Assembly: GCF_003248515.1 (NCBI RefSeq)
Contig: NZ_QFOB01000002.1
Span: forward strand, 417,064 to 481,063
Origin: Sphingomonas sp.
Lineage (GTDB): Bacteria; Pseudomonadota; Alphaproteobacteria; Sphingomonadales; Sphingomonadaceae
Length of the DNA stretch: 64,000 nt
Reading direction: 5' to 3'
The position numbers and the translations under genes were made by a program. Below the pieces are notes generated by a model. It worked only from the letters and a program-made list of their open reading frames with translations. It ran no database searches and was not told the DNA's origin. Positions 46,596 through 54,642 of the stretch are shown here, in pieces (position 1 is the stretch's first letter; every line of letters starts with the position of its first letter).

Positions 46596-47669
46596 ATGGC
46601 GGAAGGCGTGATTGGCCCCGGCGATGTTCCCACATCGCCGCCGTCACCCCGGATCGTCGGCGGCGACGGCAAGCCCCTGCTGACGATCGACATTCACGCC
46701 CATGCGATGTTTCCGGAGGTGGAAAAGCGCACGGCCGCACGGCCCGAGCGGGCAGGCGAGGCGGACTTCCGCCTGCGCACGATGGGGCAGGACACGGTCG
46801 ACTATAATCGCGAGGTGATGATCCCTGCGGCATTTCCGGCAATGACACAGCTGGCCCGGCGTCTCGTGGACATGGACGTGATGGGTGTGGACATCCAGCT
46901 CGTCAGCCCGTCACCGAACCAATATCATTACTGGGCGCCCGTCGATCTCGCCGCTGAGCTTGTCTCGATCCAGAATGAAGGTCTTGCGGAGTTGTGCGCG
47001 GGTGCACCCGATCGCCTCCGTGGCCTCGGTATGGTCGCATTGCAGCATCCGGCGCTGGCGGTGGACCAATTGCGTCATGCGGTGAAGGCGCTCGGTTTCC
47101 GGGGCGTCGAGATCAGTTCGGTGATCGCCGGCAAGGATCTGTCCGACCGGGCCTTCGATCCCTTCTGGACGGCTGCCGAGGAGTTGGGCGCCATCATCTT
47201 CATTCATCCGATGGGCTGTTCGCTCGATGAGAGGTTGGCACCTGCCTATCTTTCCAATCATGTCGGCCAGCCGGTGGAACATGCGGTGGCGCTGTCGCAC
47301 CTGATCTTCGGCGGCGTGCTGGATCGCCATCCGGGGCTGAAGATCGTAGCGGCGCATGGCGGCGGCTATCTGCCCGCGCATCTCGGGCGGGCGGATCATG
47401 CCTGGGCGCAGCGGCGCGACGCGCGCACCTGCTGCCACAAGCCCAGTTCCTATCTCTCCCGGCTCCATTTCGACAGCCTCGTGTTCGAGGCGAAGGATCT
47501 GGCGCTGCTGATTGAGCGCGTCGGGATCGGCAATGTGGTGATCGGCACGGATTATCCGTTCGACATGGGCCATTACGATATTCACGGCTTGGTTTCGGCG
47601 CTTCCCGGCCTGGACGAGTCCGACCGCGCGGCGCTGCTCGGCGGCAATCTTCTGAAATTGATGGGATGA
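46596..47669 (+). CDS. Amidohydrolase-family protein (ACMSD-like decarboxylase/hydratase)
   Basis: IDIHAH, IFIHPMG, AAHGGG and IGTDYPFDMG. Confidence 0.85.
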   Translation: MAEGVIGPGDVPTSPPSPRIVGGDGKPLLTIDIHAHAMFPEVEKRTAARPERAGEADFRLRTMGQDTVDYNREVMIPAAFPAMTQLARRLVDMDVMGVDIQLVSPSPNQYHYWAPVDLAAELVSIQNEGLAELCAGAPDRLRGLGMVALQHPALAVDQLRHAVKALGFRGVEISSVIAGKDLSDRAFDPFWTAAEELGAIIFIHPMGCSLDERLAPAYLSNHVGQPVEHAVALSHLIFGGVLDRHPGLKIVAAHGGGYLPAHLGRADHAWAQRRDARTCCHKPSSYLSRLHFDSLVFEAKDLALLIERVGIGNVVIGTDYPFDMGHYDIHGLVSALPGLDESDRAALLGGNLLKLMG

Positions 47670-47695
47670 AGCCCCGCGTCGAGGGAGAGGGCATC

Positions 47696-48301
47696 ATGAT
47701 TCAGGCGGATATCGGACGGCGGACATTGCTCGCTGCGGTCGCGGGCGTCGCGGGCGCAGTCTATGCCGGTGTGGCACGGGGTGCCCCTCCGGTCGGTGCG
47801 CGGACCAGCCCGCGTCAGGCATGGGCGCATCTCGACGGCAAGATCGCCCTGCGGGGAAATCGTCCGCCCGTCGCGGACGCGATCGACATGCTGATGATTC
47901 AGGAGGCCTTTGGCCGTTACGGCATCGCCTATGACGAGGGGCGCGACGCGGTGCTCGCCGGGCTTTTCACCGAGGATGTTGTGGTCGACGTCGCCGAGGG
48001 ATCGGCCAAGCCCTTCCAGTCGGTGAAGGGGCATGCGGCGGTCATGCACAATTTCACCAGCGCCTTCTCCCAGCAGCGCGACCAGCGCCGTCACTGCTTC
48101 AGCAATGTGCTGGTCGAGGAGGTAACGGGCGATGTTGCGACGGCGCTCGCTTACGCGATCGTCACCGTCGCCGCCGATGGCCTCACGCTCGGCGCGACCG
48201 TCATCTACACGACGCGCCTGCGCAAGCAGGATGGTCTCTGGCGCTTCGCCTACATGTTCATCGGCATGGACGCCTATACGACGCCCAAGCCGAAGGTCTG
48301 A
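47696..48301 (+). CDS. SnoaL-like/NTF2-fold protein with Tat-like leader
   Basis: IGRRTLLAAVAG, RYGIAYDE...LFTED, RHCFSNV and LRKQDGLWRF. Confidence 0.72.
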   Translation: MIQADIGRRTLLAAVAGVAGAVYAGVARGAPPVGARTSPRQAWAHLDGKIALRGNRPPVADAIDMLMIQEAFGRYGIAYDEGRDAVLAGLFTEDVVVDVAEGSAKPFQSVKGHAAVMHNFTSAFSQQRDQRRHCFSNVLVEEVTGDVATALAYAIVTVAADGLTLGATVIYTTRLRKQDGLWRFAYMFIGMDAYTTPKPKV

Positions 48302-48305
48302 AGGG

Positions 48306-49634
48306 TCAGCGGGCGGCCGCCTTGGGGCTCGAGAAGACGAATTTCGGCAGGAAGGTCACGCAGATCAGTGCCGCCGTCATCGCGCCGCCGGTTAGATAGC
48401 GGCAAATGTCGTAGCTGCCCGAAAGATCGCGCAGATAGCCCAGCAGGATCACGCCCGTCCCGTTGCCCAGTGCGCTGGCGGCGAAGGTCAGGCCATAGAT
48501 GGCGCCAAACGCCTTCAGCCCGAAATAGCGCGAGACGAGATAGGCATTCTGGCTGATCTCCCCGCCGAGCCCGAGGCCCATCATTACCGCCGCAGGCAGT
48601 AGGATATGCTTGTCGTGCGCGCTGTAGAGTATCACAACACCGATCAGCGCGGAGGCGAAATAGGGCGTCAGTACGCGCGGCGTGTTCAGCCGATCGATCA
48701 CGAAGCCGGACGAGAACTGGCCGACGATCACGCCCGCGAAGGCGCAACTCATTACCGTCGTCGCGTCACTCACGCTCAGGCCACGCTCGGTCAGCAGCGG
48801 CACTGCGTGCGCCATCGTGGCGAGCAGCGCCATGGATCCGAACATGATCGCGGCGAAGAGCTGGTAGAAGGTGCGCTGGCGCAAGGCTTCCCCGCGCGTA
48901 TAGCCTTGCTGGCCGAAGCGGGCCCGCTGCTCGGTTTCGGCCTGCTCGCCGGAGCTTGCCGCGTGATCCGCGACGAGCATGGCCTTCGGCGTTCGCGCCA
49001 GCAGCGCCACTGCCGGGAAACCGATGGCGAGCACGATCAGGGCGATGCCAATAAAGCCTCCACGCCAGCCATATGTGTTGATCAGCGCCTGCGTCACCTT
49101 GGGCATGATCGTCTGGCCGAGGCCGGCGCCCAGCGCGACAGCGAGGCCCAGCACGAAACCGCGATGCCGATCGAACCATAGCGAGATCAGCTTCGCATAA
49201 GCGGGCGAGGCATGCATGGAGACAGGCACCGCGATCAGGATCTGCACCAGCAGGAATTCCCACGCATTGGTCACCTGGCTGAGCAGCAGATAGGCGATGC
49301 TGAACAGCACGATGCCGGGCAGCACCACCTTGCGCAGGCCGAACCGGTCGACCAGCCGTCCGCCGATCGGCACGCAGATGGCGTTGAGCCACAGCGCCAC
49401 GGCCAGCGCGGTCGAAAGCATCGTGCGATTGGTGTGCAGCGCTTCGGGCAGGATGCGCAGGAAATTGCTGTTGGTGGCCGCGACCATCACATTCGGCCCG
49501 GTGAGAAAGCCGAACCAGGCTCCCAGCGCAGCCAGAATTGCAGGTCGCGTGAATTCGCTGCGTGCCAAGATCCTCTCCCTTATGCCCGGGTTGTCCGGTT
49601 TTCCACATGCCTGGGCTGACTGCCTAGTGCGCAA
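48306..49634 (-). CDS. MFS transporter (MCT/OxlT-like)
   Basis: GRLVDRFGLRK, WFDRHRGFVLG, YGWRGG and SRYFGLKAFGAIYG; 12 TM pattern. Confidence 0.88.
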   Translation of the reverse strand: MRTRQSAQACGKPDNPGIRERILARSEFTRPAILAALGAWFGFLTGPNVMVAATNSNFLRILPEALHTNRTMLSTALAVALWLNAICVPIGGRLVDRFGLRKVVLPGIVLFSIAYLLLSQVTNAWEFLLVQILIAVPVSMHASPAYAKLISLWFDRHRGFVLGLAVALGAGLGQTIMPKVTQALINTYGWRGGFIGIALIVLAIGFPAVALLARTPKAMLVADHAASSGEQAETEQRARFGQQGYTRGEALRQRTFYQLFAAIMFGSMALLATMAHAVPLLTERGLSVSDATTVMSCAFAGVIVGQFSSGFVIDRLNTPRVLTPYFASALIGVVILYSAHDKHILLPAAVMMGLGLGGEISQNAYLVSRYFGLKAFGAIYGLTFAASALGNGTGVILLGYLRDLSGSYDICRYLTGGAMTAALICVTFLPKFVFSSPKAAAR

Positions 49635-49649
49635 ACTGTATATCTGACT

Positions 49650-49669
49650 AATTAGCGCATGTGATAATT
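49650..49669. promoter_or_regulatory. 20-bp region-wide operator candidate (most symmetric-core copy)
   Basis: AATTAGCGCATGTGATAATT in the MFS / VOC divergent region. Confidence 0.65.
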
Positions 49670-49763
49670 TTTTTCTTGTCTCGCGGCGACGGCCGATCCA
49701 TTCATCGATGGAGAGGGCGCGAGGCGCAGCACATCAGGCCGACGCCCGCAGAGAGGATTTTCC

Positions 49764-50792
49764 ATGGCGATACTCGGTATCGAAAGCGTCGTTTATGGCG
49801 TCGATGACGTCGCGCTCTGCACGCGTTTCTGGGACGATTATGGTCTGGTCCGTGCGGACCGGTCGATCGACGAGCCGGTGTGGGAACTGCCTTCGGGATC
49901 TCGCATCATCGTTCGTGCCATCGACGATCCCGATTTGCCGCCGGCCCATTTCCAGGGCTCGGGCGTGCGGGAATGCTTCCTGGGCGTTGATACGGCCGAA
50001 AATCTGGAAAAGCTCGTCGCGCGGATCGCGGTGGATCGCGAGGTCTGGCGCGATGCGGATGGCACAGCGCATTTCATCGATCCGGACGGCAATCCGATGG
50101 GGCTGCGCATCTGGGCGAAGCGGCCCGTGATGTGTCGCCCCGATCCCGTCAACGCGCCGGATCATATCGTGCGGCTGAACCAGCATCGCAAATGGCGGAT
50201 GCGTGCCCGCCCGAAGACGATCAACCACATCGTTTATTTTTCCGACAATTATGTCGAGGCCTATGAATTCTATCGTGACCGGCTCGATTTCAGAATGACC
50301 GATCATTCCAAGGCGAACGGCATCTTCGCCCGTGCGAACGGAACCTATGAGCATCATACCTTATTCTGGCTGACCACCCAGCATCCGGGCACGCGCGGCA
50401 AGCGTGGCTATGCGCATATCGCCTTCGGCTGCGAGGACGTGGACGAGGTAATGGTCGGCGCCAATTACATGCAGGACAAGGGCTGGTCGAACGTCCGTCC
50501 GTTCGCCGCGGCGCTCAACCGGCATCGCATCTCGTCTGCCATGTATTATTATTTTCCGTGCCCGGCCGGCGGCGACGCCGAATATCACGCGGATTCCGAT
50601 TATCTCGATGACGCGTGGATCCCGCGCGTGTGGGAGATGGCGTTCGGCGCGACGATCTGGGGATCGTCTTCGTCCGGCTTCTTCGCGCACAAGCCCGCGA
50701 CTTACGATGTGCAACTCGATCCCGACGAGGCGAGCCTCGAGGCGTGCCGCCATCTGGGCAAGGACGGGAAAGACGTTCCCAGCATCTACTGA
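49764..50792 (+). CDS. Two-domain VOC-family extradiol-type ring-cleavage dioxygenase
   Basis: INHIVY, EHHTLF, AHIAF and [22 protein letters not shown] (His/His/Glu metal triad pattern). Confidence 0.8.
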   Translation: MAILGIESVVYGVDDVALCTRFWDDYGLVRADRSIDEPVWELPSGSRIIVRAIDDPDLPPAHFQGSGVRECFLGVDTAENLEKLVARIAVDREVWRDADGTAHFIDPDGNPMGLRIWAKRPVMCRPDPVNAPDHIVRLNQHRKWRMRARPKTINHIVYFSDNYVEAYEFYRDRLDFRMTDHSKANGIFARANGTYEHHTLFWLTTQHPGTRGKRGYAHIAFGCEDVDEVMVGANYMQDKGWSNVRPFAAALNRHRISSAMYYYFPCPAGGDAEYHADSDYLDDAWIPRVWEMAFGATIWGSSSSGFFAHKPATYDVQLDPDEASLEACRHLGKDGKDVPSIY

Positions 50793-50853
50793 CATTCGCG
50801 GTGGCGGATCTGATCGCCCTGCGGCGCGCCACCGATTCCAAGGAGTTCACGTC

Positions 50854-52182
50854 ATGGCAACCTATCTGAAGCGTGGTGCGACGGCCGAGGCTCGTGCCGA
50901 GGGGGATCGCAAGGTCCGCGATATCGTCGAAGCCACGCTGGCGGACATCGAAACGCGCGGCGACGCGGCTGTGCGCGATCTTTCGATCAAGTTCGATAAG
51001 TGGGATCGCGAGAGCTATGTGCTGACCGCGCAGGAAAAACAGGATTGTCTGGATCAGCTTTCCGGGCAGGATCTGAAGGATATCGAATTCGCGCAGGCGC
51101 AGGTGCGCAACTTCGCGCAGATCCAGCGCGACAGCATAAAGGATGTCGAGGTCGAGACGCTGCCCGGCATCGTCCTGGGCCACAAGAATCTGCCGCTCAA
51201 TGCGGCCGGCTGCTATGTGCCCGGCGGCAAATATCCCTTGCTGGCGTCCGCCCATATGTCCGTGATCACCGCCAAGGTGGCCGGCGTGCCGCGCGTGATC
51301 ACTTGCGCCCCGCCTTTCCAGGGCAAGCCGGCCCCCGCGATCGTGGCCGCGCAGGTCATGGCAGGGGCCGACGAAATCTATGCGCTCGGCGGTATCCAGG
51401 CTATTGGCGCGATGGCGCTCGGCACGGAGACGATCCGGCCAGTCGATATCCTCGTCGGCCCGGGCAACGCCTTCGTCGCGGAGGCCAAGCGCCAGCTCTA
51501 CGGCCGCGTGGGCATCGATCTGTTCGCCGGGCCGACGGAGACGCTCGTCATCGCCGACGAGATCGGCTGTGACGGCGAACTTGCCGCCACGGACCTGCTG
51601 GGCCAGGCCGAGCATGGGCCGGACAGCCCCGCCGTTCTGCTCACCAATTCGGAAAAGCTCGCGCGGGAGACGATGGCGGAGGTCGAGCGGCTCCTGCAGA
51701 TCCTGCCGACCGCCGATTATGCCCGCAAGGCATGGGAGACCTATGGCGAGGTGATCGTCGCCGACAGCTATGAGGAGATGGTCAGGATCGCCGACGACAT
51801 CGCTTCCGAACATGTTCAGGTGATGACCGCCGACCCCGATTATTTCCTGAAGAACATGACCAATTACGGCGCCCTGTTCCTCGGTGCGCGCACCAACGTC
51901 AGCTACGGGGACAAGGTGATCGGCACCAATCACACGCTGCCGACCAAGAAGGCGGCGCGCTATACGGGCGGCCTCTGGGTCGGAAAGTTCATCAAGACCT
52001 GCACCTATCAGAAGGTGCTGACCGATGAGGCGAGCGCGATGATCGGCGAATATTGCAGCCGCCTGTGCGCGCTGGAAGGTTTCGCCGGCCATGGCGAGCA
52101 GGCGAACATCCGCGTGCGGCGTTATGGCCATCGCGATGTTCCCTATGCCGGCCGCGCCGAGCCACTCATCACCGCGGAATGA
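50854..52182 (+). CDS. hpsN: Histidinol-dehydrogenase-family enzyme of the HpsN (sulfopropanediol 3-dehydrogenase) type
   Basis: [38 protein letters not shown] and [13 protein letters not shown]; followed by an SDR and not by his genes. Confidence 0.7.
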   Translation: MATYLKRGATAEARAEGDRKVRDIVEATLADIETRGDAAVRDLSIKFDKWDRESYVLTAQEKQDCLDQLSGQDLKDIEFAQAQVRNFAQIQRDSIKDVEVETLPGIVLGHKNLPLNAAGCYVPGGKYPLLASAHMSVITAKVAGVPRVITCAPPFQGKPAPAIVAAQVMAGADEIYALGGIQAIGAMALGTETIRPVDILVGPGNAFVAEAKRQLYGRVGIDLFAGPTETLVIADEIGCDGELAATDLLGQAEHGPDSPAVLLTNSEKLARETMAEVERLLQILPTADYARKAWETYGEVIVADSYEEMVRIADDIASEHVQVMTADPDYFLKNMTNYGALFLGARTNVSYGDKVIGTNHTLPTKKAARYTGGLWVGKFIKTCTYQKVLTDEASAMIGEYCSRLCALEGFAGHGEQANIRVRRYGHRDVPYAGRAEPLITAE

Positions 52183-52949
52183 GGATGGAACTCCCCCGCA
52201 CGCCCAGCTTCCGCCTGGATGGCCGCCGCGCCCTGGTGACGGGGGCCGGGCGCGGGATCGGGCTCGCGCTGGCGGTCGCTCTGGCCGATGCCGGCGCGGC
52301 CGTGACGCTCGCCGCACGCACGGCCGCCGAGATCGAGGCTGGGGCCGGGGCGATCCGCCTTGCCGGAGGAGAGGCCGAGGCGGCGATGCTCGACGTTTCG
52401 GATTCGGCGGCGGTGTCCGCTTTCTTCGATGGCCGGCCAGCCTTCCACATTCTCGTCAACAATGCCGGCACCAACCGGCCCAAGCCGATGCAGGACGTGG
52501 GCGAGGCGGATTATGATGCCGTGCTCGATCTCAACGTGAAGGCGGCCTTCTTCGTCGCACAGGCTTGTGTGCGGCGGATGCTGGCGCAGGGCGTAGCCGG
52601 CAGTCTCATCCATATCGGCAGCCAGATGGGGCATGTCGGCGGCCCGAACCGCTCCCTTTACTGCGCTTCTAAATGGGCGATCGAGGGAATGAGCAAGGCG
52701 TTCGCGCTGGATCTCGCGCCGCACGGCATCCGATCCAACACGATCGCGCCGACCTTCATCGAAACGCCGATGACGCGACCCTTTTTCGAAGACCCGGCCT
52801 TCAAGGCGAGCGTGCTGGCCAAGATCAAACTGGGCCGACTCGGCACCGTCGAGGATCTCATGGGCGCGGCGCTGTTTCTCGCCACCGATGCTTCGGCGCT
52901 CGTCACTGGCACCAGCCTCGTCGTCGATGGCGGATGGACTGCCGATTGA
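52179..52949 (+). CDS. SDR-family oxidoreductase (HpsO-like by position)
   Basis: [35 protein letters not shown] and YCASK; ATGA overlap with the hpsN-like gene. Confidence 0.85.
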   Translation: MRMELPRTPSFRLDGRRALVTGAGRGIGLALAVALADAGAAVTLAARTAAEIEAGAGAIRLAGGEAEAAMLDVSDSAAVSAFFDGRPAFHILVNNAGTNRPKPMQDVGEADYDAVLDLNVKAAFFVAQACVRRMLAQGVAGSLIHIGSQMGHVGGPNRSLYCASKWAIEGMSKAFALDLAPHGIRSNTIAPTFIETPMTRPFFEDPAFKASVLAKIKLGRLGTVEDLMGAALFLATDASALVTGTSLVVDGGWTAD

Positions 52950-54142
52950 GCGGCGATCCCGCGTCGAAAGGGCTGATCCCCGTCCTAGCGCTCGTGGGCA
53001 GTTTCGGGCCGCTGGCGATGGACATGTATTTGTCCGCCTTGCCCGCGCTTCGCCACGATCTCCATACCGATGCGGCGGGCGCGGGATCCACGCTCTCCGT
53101 CTTCCTGCTCGGCATGGCGATCGGCCAGTTGCTCTATGGTCCGCTTAGCGATCGCTTCGGTCGCAAGACGATGCTGCTCACGGGCGCCACGCTCTACATG
53201 GTCGCCAGCCTGCTCTGCCTGCTGTCGCACGACCTGATCAGCTTCAACGCGCTGAGGCTGGTGCAGGCGATGGGGGCGGCGAGCGGGCTCACGCTCAGCC
53301 GCGCGATGGTGCGGGATCTGTTCGACGAGCGGCATCTGGCCGATCTTTTCTCCATCCTGTCGGTGGTCAGCCTTGCCGCGCCCCTGATCGCGCCAATATT
53401 CGGCACCGGCATTATCCTCATAGGGGGCTGGCGTCTCATCTTCGCGGTGCTCGCGGCGCTCGGACTTGTCTGTCTCACGGCGATTGCTCTCGTCCTGCCC
53501 GAATCCCTGCCGCCCGAAAGGCGTACTGGGCGGCTTCGCCTCGGCGCGACGCTGGCCGGTTTTGGTGGGCTGGTCATCCACCCGCGCTTCCTCACGGCCG
53601 CGCTCGCAACGGGATGCGTCTCTGGGATATTGTTCGCGAATGTCACGGGATCCGCGCTGCTCCTCATGGAGCGTTTCGGGTTCGGGCGGATGGGCTTCAC
53701 GATCATCTTCACCCTCGCGATGATCGGGATGATGGGGGGCGGGCAGGCCAACCGGCGGCTGCTCCTCCGCTACAGCGGGCGCGTGATCATGCGCACCGCA
53801 GGGACAATCGCCATCCTGGCCGGGCTGGCGATGATCGCGGCAACCGCGATCAATCCCTATCTGCTGTGCACGGTGCTGGTTGTGATGACGACATGTGTTG
53901 GCTTCATGCTGCCGAACGGCGCCGCCTCGGCCATGATGGCGACGGACCGGATCGGGATCGCTTCCTCGCTGCTGGGCGTCATCCAGTTCGGCAGCGGATC
54001 CTTGTCGAGCGCGCTGGTCACGTTCGCCGGCGCACGCACGGCGGAAGGAATGGCGCTGGTGATGTGCGGCTTCGCGATCGCCGCGCGTGGGCTATGGGCA
54101 ATGCGCGAAAGGCTGGATGATCGTCAGGCGATGGCCGTCTGA
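52946..54142 (+). CDS. Bcr/CflA-family MFS efflux transporter
   Basis: PLAMDMYLSALP, GQLLYGPLSDRFGRK, RAMVRDLF and LPESLPPERR; TTGA overlap with the SDR. Confidence 0.85.
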   Translation: MSGDPASKGLIPVLALVGSFGPLAMDMYLSALPALRHDLHTDAAGAGSTLSVFLLGMAIGQLLYGPLSDRFGRKTMLLTGATLYMVASLLCLLSHDLISFNALRLVQAMGAASGLTLSRAMVRDLFDERHLADLFSILSVVSLAAPLIAPIFGTGIILIGGWRLIFAVLAALGLVCLTAIALVLPESLPPERRTGRLRLGATLAGFGGLVIHPRFLTAALATGCVSGILFANVTGSALLLMERFGFGRMGFTIIFTLAMIGMMGGGQANRRLLLRYSGRVIMRTAGTIAILAGLAMIAATAINPYLLCTVLVVMTTCVGFMLPNGAASAMMATDRIGIASSLLGVIQFGSGSLSSALVTFAGARTAEGMALVMCGFAIAARGLWAMRERLDDRQAMAV

Positions 54143-54526
54143 TCATTTCGCCGGAGGGTGAGCCAGCAAGATCGCCACGATCGCATTCGCTTGCTCGGGC
54201 GTAACCTGGGTCTGCGGCGGCATGGTCGCCTCGCCCCATTTACCCACGCTGCCCTTGAGGATGCTCTGCTTCAGCCGGTCCACATCTCCGGGAGTGGGGG
54301 AGGGGAAGGCCGCTCGGATCGACATGATCGGCGGCCCCACGCGCATATAATCGACGGCGTGGCAGTTGGAGCATTGATGTGCGACCAGCGTGGTATCGAG
54401 CGTGAGATTCTTGTCCACGTCCGGGCGCGGCGCGCCTTCGGTGTCGGCGGCAGTCTCGCCCGGTGCTTTCTGGCAACCTGCGGCGAGGATGCTTCCCATC
54501 AGCGCGAGCGCGAGCGCGATCCTCAC
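54143..54526 (-). CDS. Lipoprotein cytochrome c (c551/c552-like)
   Basis: Lipobox LAAGC, CSNCH, VGPP and GSVGKWGEATMPPQ. Confidence 0.82.
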   Translation of the reverse strand: MRIALALALMGSILAAGCQKAPGETAADTEGAPRPDVDKNLTLDTTLVAHQCSNCHAVDYMRVGPPIMSIRAAFPSPTPGDVDRLKQSILKGSVGKWGEATMPPQTQVTPEQANAIVAILLAHPPAK

Positions 54527-54604
54527 CGGGCAATCTCTCCTTCCGTTCGGGCCGTGATGAGCCTTGGCCGCGAATTTACGGAGGCTCCGGCTTTTCGTCC
54601 ACGA

Positions 54605-54624
54605 AATTATTCGATACGCTAATT
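54605..54624. promoter_or_regulatory. 20-bp region-wide operator candidate
   Basis: AATTATTCGATACGCTAATT (reverse complement AATTAGCGTATCGAATAATT) in the cytochrome c / flavoprotein divergent region. Confidence 0.65.
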
Positions 54625-54642
54625 TAAAGCGAATGGGAGAGG

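Noticed and set aside
425..48301. Secondary-metabolite biosynthetic cluster (halogenase, SnoaL, BBE oxidoreductases)
   Set aside because: There is no scaffold-forming enzyme (PKS, NRPS, terpene synthase, RiPP precursor); importers, ring-cleavage enzymes and pcaIJF point to catabolism.
50854..52182. Biosynthetic hisD
   Set aside because: The SAHMS-type motif, the coupled SDR and the absence of his genes fit the HpsN-like paralogue better.
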